DNA from: Myxococcota bacterium
GTDB lineage: Bacteria > Myxococcota_C > UBA6777
NCBI GenBank assembly: GCA_023150835.1
Contig: JAKLKB010000044.1
Coordinates: 1-48,517, forward strand
Direction: 5' to 3'
Length of the DNA stretch: 48,517 bases
Shown: piece after piece, positions 14,005 through 23,922 of the stretch
Layout of the letters: each line of letters opens with the position of its first letter
How positions within the stretch are numbered: position 1 is the first letter of the stretch
The notes under the pieces: model-generated
Database searches by the model: none
What the model saw: the letters and a program-made list of their open reading frames with translations, nothing else
Told to the model about the DNA's origin: nothing
Made by a program: the position numbers and the translations under genes

Positions 14005-15222
14005 ATGATGCAAAAAGGTACAGATATCTCTGATCTAAAGCGGATTTACCGACAAAGAAATGAAGGCGAATTCCCTTCCTCGCTTCAACTAACCCTGAAC
14101 AAAGAACAAGACCTCAAATACGGCGAAAACCCCCATCAACAGGCTGCACTCTATACCCTGCACACCATCGCGCAACACCCTGCACACCATCTCGCCGCGC
14201 TAACGAATCTCCAGTCCGTTCGCTCCGATGGAAAGGGCAAAGGCGGACTATCCTTGACCAACTTGATGGATATCGCCCGAGGGATGGACTGCTTGAAGTA
14301 CTTCTCTGCTCCCGCTGTTGTGATCATGAAACACAACGTCGTCTCGGGATTTGCGCGCCAAACCACCTCATCTCAGGCTCTTTGCGATATCTACCGCCTC
14401 GCACGCGACGCCGATCGACGCAGCAACTTCGGAGGGACGGTGATCTTCAATCGCCCCCTTGATACCGACACAACAGAGGCTTTGCTCGAACTCTATCCGC
14501 GCCATATCATCGACGTGATCGCTGCACCCGATTACCAAGACGGCTTGCTCGCACGCATCGAGCACGCCTCGCCACATATCCGCCTCAGCCAGTTTTCCCA
14601 CCTTGAACAGCTTCCGCGCTTCCTTGGCGATCCAACTCATGGGCTTTATTCGTTCAAAGAACTGCCCACAGGCCGCCTTGCCATCCAAGACCTCCCCTTA
14701 ACAGGCATCAAAAGCCCCGAAGACTTGATCCTTGATCCGATGGTCTTCGACAAAGACGGAACCCCCCATATCCTCGAACGCTCCCCCACCCCCCAAGAGA
14801 TCCAAGATCTGCTCTCCGCGTGGTATATCAATGTCGCAGGAGCCCGTAGCAACGGCGTCGTGATCATCCGCAATGGTGTGCTTGTCGCGTGTGGTTCGGG
14901 CCAAGTCGAGCGCGTCGGGGCTGTCGAACAAGCGATCGTCAAAGGCATGCAAAAAGCCTTTGATCGCGAAGGACTTACCTACGATCCGTTGTTCGGGATC
15001 TCAGGCTTTGAACGCCTCAAAGACAATCCCTTTCAAGGTGCGGCTTGTTCTTCGGATGCATTCTTTCCGTTTCCTGATGCCGTCGAAACGCTCGGTCGTG
15101 TCGGAGTCTCCGCGATCATCCAGCCCTATGGCTCCGTTCGAGACGACCAAGTCATCGACGCCGCCAACCGCCTACAGATCGCCATGCCCGCCACCCTCGA
15201 ACGCTGCTTTGGTCATTTCTAA
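14005..15222 (+). CDS. purH: Stand-alone AICAR transformylase (PurH C-terminal domain only)
   Basis: LKYGENPHQQAALY, KHN, RSN, GSGQVERV, SSDAFFPFPD, IIQPYGSVRD and RCFGHF; no N-terminal MGS-like cyclohydrolase domain. Confidence 0.88.
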   Translation: MMQKGTDISDLKRIYRQRNEGEFPSSLQLTLNKEQDLKYGENPHQQAALYTLHTIAQHPAHHLAALTNLQSVRSDGKGKGGLSLTNLMDIARGMDCLKYFSAPAVVIMKHNVVSGFARQTTSSQALCDIYRLARDADRRSNFGGTVIFNRPLDTDTTEALLELYPRHIIDVIAAPDYQDGLLARIEHASPHIRLSQFSHLEQLPRFLGDPTHGLYSFKELPTGRLAIQDLPLTGIKSPEDLILDPMVFDKDGTPHILERSPTPQEIQDLLSAWYINVAGARSNGVVIIRNGVLVACGSGQVERVGAVEQAIVKGMQKAFDREGLTYDPLFGISGFERLKDNPFQGAACSSDAFFPFPDAVETLGRVGVSAIIQPYGSVRDDQVIDAANRLQIAMPATLERCFGHF

Positions 15223-15257
15223 CACCGCCTCCCTCTTTGCGACGCAAAGGAACCCCC

Positions 15258-16388
15258 ATGCTCCCTCCTCCTCAAGCTGCACAGATCCTCGCGATCACCG
15301 ACGATCTACCGATCCGCCACCACATCCTCCACAAAGGCAAAGTCCGTGCGCTGTATCATCTCTCCCCCGAAGATAGCACCCGACTCATCCAACAACGCGG
15401 ATACAACGTGCCTTTGACACAGCCCCTTGGTGTAATGGTGACCAGCGATCGCCTCTCTGCCTTTGATTGCCTATGGCACGCAGAAGGCGGACTCTACGGC
15501 GTCCCCAACAAAGGCGCAGCACTCAACGCCATCGCCTACCACCTCTTCCAACGACTCCAAGAAGCCGACATCGCCCAACACCACATCCTCGAAGCGCCCC
15601 ATCCACTCGTCTGGATCGTCTGTGTCGCCAAACCTTTGCGCTTTGAAGGCATCTTCCGACGCTACATCACAGGCTCGCTCTGGCGCGCTTACCAACAAGG
15701 GCAACGCCACCTCTACGGCGTCCACCTCCCCGATGGACTTCAACCCAATCAGCCCCTCCCCACCCTTTTGTTCACACCCTCCACCAAAGGCACGCTCCTC
15801 GGCCTTCAAGGCATCCCCGAAACCGAAGATGCCCCCCTCCAACCTGATCAGATCCGCGCACACTACGATGCCTTCGGTCTCCCTTCGCCCGATATCCTCG
15901 ATCATGCACAAGATCTTCTCCAAAAAGCCTTTCTTTTTCTCGAAAAATCTTATAAACAGATCGGACAGATCCTTGTCGATACGAAGTTTGAACTCGGGAT
16001 GCTCCAAACTTCTTCTGGCTCTCCCACGCTGATCTTGATGGACGAGATCGCAACCCCCGACGCTTCGCGGATCTGGGATCAAGAGGCGTATCAACGTGGC
16101 GAGATATTCGATTACTGCAAAGAACATTTCCGCCAAACTCTACTCCACCACCTCGATCGCGAACTCCTGCTTGATCCCTCCCGACTCTCCGAAAGAAAAG
16201 CCTATGCTGCACAACACCCTCTTCCGCTTGCATGGTGGCTTGACGTCAGTAAGCGTTACGCTACCCTCGCACAAAAGCTGATCGGACGGCCTCTTCCGAG
16301 CATCCACGATGCTCGCGCTGAGATCCTCGAATCCCTCGCACAGATGGATCTCCTTCTTGCCCACCCAAACCCGCCAAAGGATCGCTAA
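15258..16388 (+). CDS. purC: SAICAR synthetase (long form resembling the Vibrio type)
   Basis: HKGKVRALY, SDRLSAFD, VPNKG, RRYITGSLWRAY, FTPSTKG, LVDTKFELG, DEIATPDASRIW. Confidence 0.93.
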   Translation: MLPPPQAAQILAITDDLPIRHHILHKGKVRALYHLSPEDSTRLIQQRGYNVPLTQPLGVMVTSDRLSAFDCLWHAEGGLYGVPNKGAALNAIAYHLFQRLQEADIAQHHILEAPHPLVWIVCVAKPLRFEGIFRRYITGSLWRAYQQGQRHLYGVHLPDGLQPNQPLPTLLFTPSTKGTLLGLQGIPETEDAPLQPDQIRAHYDAFGLPSPDILDHAQDLLQKAFLFLEKSYKQIGQILVDTKFELGMLQTSSGSPTLILMDEIATPDASRIWDQEAYQRGEIFDYCKEHFRQTLLHHLDRELLLDPSRLSERKAYAAQHPLPLAWWLDVSKRYATLAQKLIGRPLPSIHDARAEILESLAQMDLLLAHPNPPKDR

Positions 16389-16389
16389 G

Positions 16390-17532
16390 ATGGGAAGCTA
16401 CGCCGCAGCAGGTGTCGACCTCTCGCTCGGAGATCGCGCCTCACGCATCCTCTACGAAGCCGCACAAAAAACATGGAAGATCCGACAAGATCGCCTCGGT
16501 GAAGTCCTCGTCCCCTTCGATGATTTCAGCGGCTTGCGTGCCATCGATGTCTCAGGACTCCCCCAAGGAACATGGATGATGCTTGGCTTCGATGGCGTCG
16601 GAACCAAAGTCGAAGTCGCCGAACGCATGAACCAACACGATACCATCGCCTTCGATCTGCTCGCGATGGTCTGCGATGACGCCGTGATCCGTGGCGCAGA
16701 GCCTGTCCTTGTCGGTTCCATCCTTGACGTCTCCCGCCTTGCCCAACGCTCCCCCGCACGAGGCGAATTTCTCGAACAGATCCGACAGATCGCGCACGGC
16801 TACACCGCCGCCGCGCTCGAAGCAGAAGTCGCAATCGTCAACGGTGAACTGGCCGAGATGGGTTCTCGCGTACAGGGTTATAGTGATTTCTCTTATAACT
16901 GGGGTGCGGCTGTCTTATGGTTTGGGCATCAAGATCGCATGCTCACAGGAAAAAAAGTTCAGCCGGGCGAGAGTATTATCGCTCTGGCCGAAGAAGGCTT
17001 TCGTTCCAATGGGCTTTCCCTTGTCCGACGCACCCTCGAAGAACACTACGGCGAACATTGGCACGAAACCCGTTGGCAAGGCACTCTTCTTGGACAAGGC
17101 GTCTTGGCTCCTTCCCGCATCTATACCCGCGCAATCGTTGAGATGACAGGCGGCTACACACAAACGCCCACCGCCCAAGTCCACGCAGCCGCACACATCA
17201 CAGGCGGAGGCATCCCCGAAAAACTCGCTCGTGCGCTTCGCCCTTCGGGGTGCGGGGCGCATCTTGAAGCCCCACTTCCTCCTCCCCCTCTGATGCTTCA
17301 TTGTCAAGAACTCGCACGCATCTCTGACAAAGAAGCCTATAAAACTTGGCACATGGGACACGGTATGTTGATCATTACACCCCAGCCCGGCCCCGTCCTT
17401 GAGATCGCACAAAAACACCGCATCCCCGCTCAACTGATCGGACAAACCACCCAAGAAAAAGGCATCCATATCCGCAGCCAAGGCTGCCAATCCCCGCACT
17501 CCCTGCTCAGTTTTTTTGAGGAACACCGCTAA
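16390..17532 (+). CDS. purM: Phosphoribosylformylglycinamidine cyclo-ligase (AIR synthase)
   Basis: SYAAAGVD, DGVGTK, NGELAEM, GFRSNGLSLVRR, AHITGGGIPE, TWHMGHGM. Confidence 0.93.
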   Translation: MGSYAAAGVDLSLGDRASRILYEAAQKTWKIRQDRLGEVLVPFDDFSGLRAIDVSGLPQGTWMMLGFDGVGTKVEVAERMNQHDTIAFDLLAMVCDDAVIRGAEPVLVGSILDVSRLAQRSPARGEFLEQIRQIAHGYTAAALEAEVAIVNGELAEMGSRVQGYSDFSYNWGAAVLWFGHQDRMLTGKKVQPGESIIALAEEGFRSNGLSLVRRTLEEHYGEHWHETRWQGTLLGQGVLAPSRIYTRAIVEMTGGYTQTPTAQVHAAAHITGGGIPEKLARALRPSGCGAHLEAPLPPPPLMLHCQELARISDKEAYKTWHMGHGMLIITPQPGPVLEIAQKHRIPAQLIGQTTQEKGIHIRSQGCQSPHSLLSFFEEHR

Positions 17533-18484
17533 AGTCGACGCGCCGAAAATCGCCTCTGCTTTGCTGCAACGTCTCCGTCAGCGAAGGCAAACGCAACAAC
17601 AGCCGTGGCCGCGCCTCTGTCGCGTACAACCTCATCTCCCCGCCCAAAAGATCGCACAAACGCTGCACGATCAACAATCCAAAACTCGGATGGCACACCC
17701 GTTCTCCCTCCCCCGCCAGAAAAAAACCCAACAGACCGTCTTGTGGCTCCGATTGGCCTGCTTCAGGTAGATCCCACCCCGAGATATCCAAACACAACCA
17801 AGCCTGCGTACTCCCCTCCGCCTCTTCGCAGTGCGCCGCAACCCGCAATTCCTTTTGGCTTGTCCAACGACAAATCTCTTGTAACGAGCGGCGCAGGATA
17901 TGTCGTACTTTTCCCAAGTCAGACGAAAATCCCTCACAATCTTTTCGATAAAGTGCGCGAATTGTATTGCCTTTCCGCTCTATTTCTGTACGACACTCTC
18001 GCAAAACATCTTTCAAAAAATGTGAAACATTTACACTCGCCATCTGAAAACTCAACCGACCCGATTCAATACGCGCAAGTTCCAAAACGTCCTCGATCAT
18101 CCGCAACAAAGTATGACCCGCGTCATAGATCTTTTCGAGATCTTCTTCCCTTTCCGCTACCCCCAAGGCGTCGCCTTCTTCCAACAACAACTCTGCGTAG
18201 CCGATGATCACGTTCAGCGGTGTTCTCAGCTCGTGGCTCATCCGCATCAAAAAAGAACCTCGTGCCGAAATCAAACTGTGTTTTGCTTGGGCGTGGACAT
18301 CCCCGATCGCGGCCAGTCGCTCCGCCAAGGCAGCTTGCGTCTGCTGAAGCATCTGCTGCGCCAACGCACTCCGACGCCGCTCCTCGACCAACAACAGCTC
18401 CGCACGCTCTCGCAACTTACGCTCTTGCGCCAAGGCCGCCCGCAACTCGACCAATTCTTTTTCCAACGCTTCTTCTTGCACCAT
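17507..18484 (-). CDS. Cytoplasmic histidine kinase-like protein (HisKA intact, HATPase degenerate)
   Basis: Coiled coil followed by MSHELRTPLNVIIGYAELL; N, G1 and G2 boxes not recognisable except for SFGLLIVQRLCDLLGG. Confidence 0.8.
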   Translation of the reverse strand: MVQEEALEKELVELRAALAQERKLRERAELLLVEERRRSALAQQMLQQTQAALAERLAAIGDVHAQAKHSLISARGSFLMRMSHELRTPLNVIIGYAELLLEEGDALGVAEREEDLEKIYDAGHTLLRMIEDVLELARIESGRLSFQMASVNVSHFLKDVLRECRTEIERKGNTIRALYRKDCEGFSSDLGKVRHILRRSLQEICRWTSQKELRVAAHCEEAEGSTQAWLCLDISGWDLPEAGQSEPQDGLLGFFLAGEGERVCHPSFGLLIVQRLCDLLGGEMRLYATEARPRLLLRLPSLTETLQQSRGDFRRVDFSGVPQKN

Positions 18485-18711
18485 CTCTCCGCTCCAGACG
18501 CGTCCACTTCTTCACTAATTCACGGTGCGGCGGCACGCTTGCATATCCAGTGCCATCCGCCAAACTCACCAAACTCCACAACACATCCCCACAAAGACAC
18601 AAAGAAGACGGTACATCCTCACGCAAACCGTAGCCCCCCCCTTCTCTTTTTTTTCGAGTTGTGGGAAGGTCTGCCCGCTTTCCCTTTTTCCGCCTCATCG
18701 TAGGAGAGACC

Positions 18712-20778
18712 ATGCCCATGATCGTCGCAATATCCGACTTCTCCCAACATCAAACCCGTTGCTCACAAAGAGCGAAAACGCATCGAATGCGCTCGATATC
18801 CGGCTTCTGTGGATATCAAGCGCCACGTTGGATCACCGCCACTTCCGTGTTTGCGCTATGCTTCCTTCTGTTCGTTTCCACTTCTTCGGCCCATCTCCCC
18901 GAAGAACCGCCTTCATCCGCTCGTCCTCCCGCCTCCGCAACGACTCGCCCCCATCACCCCCGCACCCCGCCCGCTTCGACTCCCATCCTCCCACCGCTGT
19001 CTTTGCGCCCGACCCTCGGCCCTCTCCCGCAACTTCAAACACAGCTTGATCGCGATCTCTACTTCCTCTCGCATCCTGCCCTCGAAGGGCGCGACGCAGG
19101 CACCCACGGGATCGAAGTCGCCGCTGCTTACATCGCCCATGCCTTCCAACAAGCCGGACTCCAGCCCGCAGGCGACCGTTCCTCTTTCTACCAAGCCTTC
19201 CAATCCACCACAGGCGTCACCGCAGGCACAAACAACCGCCTGCGCAGCGTCATCAACGGCCAGTCGACCGTCTGGACATTTCAAAAAGACTATGTCCCTT
19301 TTGGCTTCTCGCGCGTAGGAGCCACCTCTCCCAAGCCCGTTGTCTTCGTCGGATATGGCATCCAAGCTCCCAAACAAGGATTTGATGAATACGCAAACAT
19401 CGATGTCAAGGGAAAGATCGTTCTCATCCTGCGCGGGCTGCCACGATGGGCCGATACTCCGCACTCTCCCTTTGGCGAACGCAAAAATCTCTACGCGCAA
19501 TTCCGATACAAGCTGCTGATCGCTCGAACACAAGGCGCGATCGGCGCTTTAATTGTCGATCCACCCTCGCCCACAGAAAAACAAGCCCCTTCCCTCACGC
19601 CGATCACTCTCGCTCGCGGCCTTACAGATGCCGGCCTTTTCGCCCTGCATATCCAACGCACCGTCGCCCAGCAACTGCTCTCCAAACGCCCTCAGCAACT
19701 TCACGATATCACCCAAGAGATCGAGCGCACGCGCAAGCCACATAGCCACGCCCTCAACGCACAGATCGCTCTCCGCGTCCAACTCACCCGCCTGCAAAGC
19801 ACCCTCAAAAACGTCCTTGCTTTTCTACCCGGCACACACCCCCAACTCAAGCAAGAGATCGTCGTCTTGGGCGCACACTACGACCATATCGGCTACGGCC
19901 ATGTCGGCGGATTCCCGGGAAATCTCGGACAGATCCATCCCGGCGCGGATGACAACGCTTCCGGCACCGCGACGATCCTTGCACTCGCTCGCTTTTTCGC
20001 CAAACACCCGCAGCCCCGCAGCCTTCTGTTTATCGCCTTCACAGGCGAAGAGCGCGGACTCCTCGGCTCCGCCTTTTTTGTTCGCAACCCCCGCTACCCG
20101 CTCGCTCAGATCGCCTCCATGATCAACCTCGATATGGTGGGCCGTATGCGCAAAAGCCAACTTGTCGCCCAAGGCTCCGGGACTTCCTCGCTGTTTGAAC
20201 CTCTGCTCACGCAAGTCAACCGATACCACAAACTCCACCTACGCTTCGGAAAATCCGGCTATGGCGCTTCCGATCAAACCAGCTTTTACACCCGCAAGAT
20301 CCCTGTCCTGTTCTTCTTTACAGGCGCACATGCCCAATATCACCGACCCACCGACACCTTCGATACGCTCAATCTCCCTGATACCTTCCGCGTCTTTCGT
20401 TTTGTCGCCGATATCACACAAGCCATCGCCCAACTCCCCAAACGACCGGACTTTCGCCAAACAGCCACCCCCCAACGCTTCAAACGGCGCGGCCCCATGC
20501 GCGTCTCTCTCGGCACCATCCCCGACTACGGAGCCAACCTCAAAACAGGTGTCCTGCTTTCTGGCGTCCAAAAAGGCAGCACTGCCGCAACCGCAGGACT
20601 CCAAGGCGGCGATATCCTCCTACGCATCGGACGATTCTCCATCCGAAATATCTACGATATGGTGATCGCTCTCGGCTTCTATCAGCCCGGTGATACCGTG
20701 ACACTCAGCGTCCAACGCAACGGCCAGATCCTCCACCTCCCCGCCACCTTCCAAGCCCGCTCTTCTGCTCACCGCTAA
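18712..20778 (+). CDS. M28 family metallopeptidase with PA and C-terminal PDZ domains
   Basis: LEGRDAG, VFVGYGI, DVKGKIV, GAHYDH, GADDNASG, FTGEERGLLGS, NLDMVGR, SDQ, YHRPTD, LGTIPDY; start uncertain (AGGAG before 18712). Confidence 0.92.
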   Translation: MPMIVAISDFSQHQTRCSQRAKTHRMRSISGFCGYQAPRWITATSVFALCFLLFVSTSSAHLPEEPPSSARPPASATTRPHHPRTPPASTPILPPLSLRPTLGPLPQLQTQLDRDLYFLSHPALEGRDAGTHGIEVAAAYIAHAFQQAGLQPAGDRSSFYQAFQSTTGVTAGTNNRLRSVINGQSTVWTFQKDYVPFGFSRVGATSPKPVVFVGYGIQAPKQGFDEYANIDVKGKIVLILRGLPRWADTPHSPFGERKNLYAQFRYKLLIARTQGAIGALIVDPPSPTEKQAPSLTPITLARGLTDAGLFALHIQRTVAQQLLSKRPQQLHDITQEIERTRKPHSHALNAQIALRVQLTRLQSTLKNVLAFLPGTHPQLKQEIVVLGAHYDHIGYGHVGGFPGNLGQIHPGADDNASGTATILALARFFAKHPQPRSLLFIAFTGEERGLLGSAFFVRNPRYPLAQIASMINLDMVGRMRKSQLVAQGSGTSSLFEPLLTQVNRYHKLHLRFGKSGYGASDQTSFYTRKIPVLFFFTGAHAQYHRPTDTFDTLNLPDTFRVFRFVADITQAIAQLPKRPDFRQTATPQRFKRRGPMRVSLGTIPDYGANLKTGVLLSGVQKGSTAATAGLQGGDILLRIGRFSIRNIYDMVIALGFYQPGDTVTLSVQRNGQILHLPATFQARSSAHR

Positions 20779-20826
20779 GCTGTTTTCGTCTCCTCCAGAC
20801 AGGGCTTGCGTGATCCGATGGTCTCA

Positions 20827-20941
20827 TGGGGCGCTGCCCCATACCCCGCAAGGGAGCCCAGCTCCCTTGACCCTGTGTTGGCCGAGCGGTCACTCTTTTT
20901 CAAACAAGCAACCCTGCGGCTTGGAGTGTCGCGAACACGGC
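20827..20941 (+). repeat. Dispersed repeat family B
   Basis: TGGGGCGCTGCCCCATACCCCGCAAGGGAGCCCAGCTCCCTTGACCC...GCGAACACGG; lies between convergent genes. Confidence 0.85.
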
Positions 20942-21035
20942 TTTTTTGGCGACCGCGTCAGTCCTAGTCTCATCAAGAGAACTTTTAATACCAATTTGAG
21001 ACTGCTGAGACGGCGTTTCCCCCTCCCACAACACA

Positions 21036-23024
21036 TCACGCTTCTTGTTCAGGAAGCCACACAGAGATAGTCGTCCCTCTGCCCGACTCGCTATGCAGAT
21101 CCATCGCTCCACCGTGACGTTCAACGATCCGCGCTGCCAACGGCAAGCCCAATCCCGTCCCTTTTTCTTTGGTTGTATAGAAAGGCTCGAGTACTTTTTC
21201 CAAGACTTCGACGGACATTCCTTTTCCTTGATCGATCACTTGGAGGCAATACCCCTCTTCTTGCCGCGAGATCTGCAAAAACACCACCGCCCCCGAAGGC
21301 GACGCTTGGATGGCATTTTGTAATAAATTCAACAGCGCTTGTTGCATCCGCGTCCGATCAAAATACAACACCGCTTCTTGCGCATCTCCCGACAAGATCA
21401 ACGATATCTGATGCTTCTCACAGTCCGATCGCAACAACAAGCGCAGTTCTTCGGCAAATTCCTTCCACTCCACACGGCGCAGATCGAGCGCCATCGGTCG
21501 TGCGTACTCCAAAAAGCTTTTGACCACTTCTGCAAGATAACGCAACTCCCGCTGGATCCGCTGGATATGCGCTTGTTTCTCAGGCTGATCAGCCAGTTCT
21601 TCCTCCAAGATCCCCGTAAAAAGCTCCATCCCCCCCAGCGGATTGCGTACTTCGTGCGCGATCCCCGACAACATCATCTGCATCTGTCGATCACGCGCCA
21701 AGATATTCCGACGCATCTCGTCCATTGTTCTTGCCAAAAGCCCGATCTCATCTTGCTCTAAGATCGGCACTTCGTGCTGTAGCTCGCCTTGCCCGATCGC
21801 TTCTGTTGCGCGCACCAAACGCCGCACAGGAGCCACCACAAAGCGCGAAAACAAAAAGCCCGAAACCACCACCAACCCCAACGACAGCAACGCAAAAAAC
21901 AACAGCGAACGCTGCGTCCTTCGCAAGATCACAAAGTACGATGCACTCCCCTCCACCCCGATCGCCGCAAGCACTCGCAGATCTTCCCCAACCAATGGAG
22001 CAAATCCTGCCTTGTACAGATCCCCCCCGCGCCGCTGAAACAACACGCTCGCTCGCGGTTTTCCCTGCCAAACCGCCCCCAACTCGCTTTCCTCAAAAGA
22101 CAATTGGACGTATTCTTGCCCTACAGCCATCTTCTCCGTATCCAACAGACTACGGCGTTTTTGATCAAAGACAAAGATCCGTTGTACGCCCGTCGAATCC
22201 TTTAATCGACGTAGCTTTTTCTGTAAGTTTCGATACGAACGGCTCTCTTGATCTTCGGGTAAAAAAGAAGTGACCACCGAAGAAGCCAACAACGCGCTTG
22301 CGGCTTGTCCCACACTAATCAAGCGTCGGCCCAACTCCGCATCCAAACCCTCTTGTAAACGCATCCCTGCGTAAAAAATAAACAATCCCAACGTCAGCAA
22401 CGCAGGCAACAAAAAAACCAACACGACTTTGGTTCGCAAACTTCGATACCATCGGACATATCCCCGACGCTTGCGATCCTCCACTCGTCCGCCTTGGCCT
22501 TTGACTTCGCGGGCTTTTTGCGCCACCACCGCAGCCCGCGAAGCCGACAGCGCCGCACGCCCAAGATGGCTCTCTTCTTCGACGATCTCTTTTGGCGCGC
22601 CCTCATACACAGCAGCCTCGTGCAAAGCCCCCGCATCTTCGGCTTGTTGCGATGCCATCCCCTCTCGTTCTTGCTGCGTCGGCTGCTTTTCTTCACGAGG
22701 CGGCTTTGCCAACAGCATCGCAACCCCTGACGACGGAACATCCGCAGCATCCGCAGAGTCCCACGGGATATCATCTCCCAACATCCGATTCTCGAAGCCG
22801 TCCTCCTCTCTGTGGTCTTCTCGATCTTTTTCTGCCCCAAACATCCGCGCCGCCCAATCAACAGAACCTTTTTCTTCGACTGCGGCAGCCCTTTCGCCTA
22901 CAGCCTCCGAGCGTTCGCGCTCCATCTCTGCAAACATCCGCGCAGCCCAACTTTCATCTTCCCCATCTTCCGACTTCTTTGGGCCTTCTTCGGCTTCATT
23001 CTTGCGTTTGCCGCTCTCGCTCAT
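21036..23024 (-). CDS. Membrane sensor histidine kinase (2 TM, HAMP, HisKA, HATPase) with acidic N-terminal extension
   Basis: DEIGLLA (HAMP), IAHEVRNPLGG, NLLQNAIQA, DQGKG, FYTTKEKGTGLGL; start at 23024 behind GGAGG. Confidence 0.93.
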   Translation of the reverse strand: MSESGKRKNEAEEGPKKSEDGEDESWAARMFAEMERERSEAVGERAAAVEEKGSVDWAARMFGAEKDREDHREEDGFENRMLGDDIPWDSADAADVPSSGVAMLLAKPPREEKQPTQQEREGMASQQAEDAGALHEAAVYEGAPKEIVEEESHLGRAALSASRAAVVAQKAREVKGQGGRVEDRKRRGYVRWYRSLRTKVVLVFLLPALLTLGLFIFYAGMRLQEGLDAELGRRLISVGQAASALLASSVVTSFLPEDQESRSYRNLQKKLRRLKDSTGVQRIFVFDQKRRSLLDTEKMAVGQEYVQLSFEESELGAVWQGKPRASVLFQRRGGDLYKAGFAPLVGEDLRVLAAIGVEGSASYFVILRRTQRSLLFFALLSLGLVVVSGFLFSRFVVAPVRRLVRATEAIGQGELQHEVPILEQDEIGLLARTMDEMRRNILARDRQMQMMLSGIAHEVRNPLGGMELFTGILEEELADQPEKQAHIQRIQRELRYLAEVVKSFLEYARPMALDLRRVEWKEFAEELRLLLRSDCEKHQISLILSGDAQEAVLYFDRTRMQQALLNLLQNAIQASPSGAVVFLQISRQEEGYCLQVIDQGKGMSVEVLEKVLEPFYTTKEKGTGLGLPLAARIVERHGGAMDLHSESGRGTTISVWLPEQEA

Positions 23025-23070
23025 CCAAACCTCCTCTCCAAACACTCGCACCTCTCGGCCCACCAACCTC

Positions 23071-23143
23071 ATACGGTATCCGAGTGATGTATACACAAAG
23101 GATCGTGCGTAGACGCCCTGTGGTTGGGCAGCCACAGGGGGCA
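23071..23143 (+). repeat. Repeat family C, truncated copy
   Basis: ATACGGTATCCGAGTGATGTATACACAAAGG...GGGCAGCCACAGGGGGC. Confidence 0.75.
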
Positions 23144-23420
23144 TTTGATCCAACGAATTCATTTCGAGTTCAAACCTGCGAACGATCCTCTCGGACAGTG
23201 CGGGGTTTCGCACCTCACCCCTGTCAAAGGCGGACATCCCCATGACCCACAAGCGCAAACAAGGTTTGCTGTGCGTTATGGGAAAAGTAGACACCTCCAC
23301 AACAGCCCTTTGTCAACACCTTCCTCCCACCAACCCTTTTCCAACAGCTTCTTCCCGCCAACCCACAAAAAAGAACCCCCCGTCCAACAAGCCCACCGCA
23401 GCGATCCTCGCCAAAGGCGC

Positions 23421-23864
23421 TTATTTCTTGGAACCGAACTGCTTTCGCACGTACGACAAAGCATCCTTGATCTGTTTTTCAGAGAGCGTCCCTTTGTGGG
23501 CGGGCATGACACGCGAGCCTTTTGTGATGCCGTTGGTGATCGAATGCAACAGATCTTTGTTGTCTTTGGCGAGGCGTTCGGGTTCTTTCACAAAGTCCGC
23601 AGCCGTCACGCCACCGTTTCCACGTCCATCCGCACCATGACAAGCCATACATCCTTTTTCCTTAAAGATTTTTTCTCCTGCCAAAGGGTCGCCCGGCAAA
23701 GAAGTATCCGCAGCCTTCTTGGGTTCAGCCTTTTTGCCAGCAAGCGCTTTGTCGGCTGTCGCTTTTTGGGTAGGGTTTGGCGAGGGATTGGGTGCAGGAT
23801 CTTTCTTACAAGCTGCCACCGCCACAACCAACAACATTGCCAAGACAAACGAGAGATTCCGCAT
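23421..23864 (-). CDS. Monoheme c-type cytochrome lipoprotein
   Basis: Lipobox VAAC, Pro/Ala/Lys linker, CMACHG and distal MPAH; AAGGAG RBS. Confidence 0.9.
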   Translation of the reverse strand: MRNLSFVLAMLLVVAVAACKKDPAPNPSPNPTQKATADKALAGKKAEPKKAADTSLPGDPLAGEKIFKEKGCMACHGADGRGNGGVTAADFVKEPERLAKDNKDLLHSITNGITKGSRVMPAHKGTLSEKQIKDALSYVRKQFGSKK

Positions 23865-23922
23865 TCTAAAAACTCCTTGGGTTGATTCGTTCAACCTTAA
23901 AAAAGAACAACCTCGCACAGCG

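Noticed and set aside
23144-23290. tmRNA, c-di-GMP-I or cobalamin riboswitch
   Set aside because: Only fragmentary resemblance; no tRNA-like 3' end, GAAA/GCAAAG elements or B12 box
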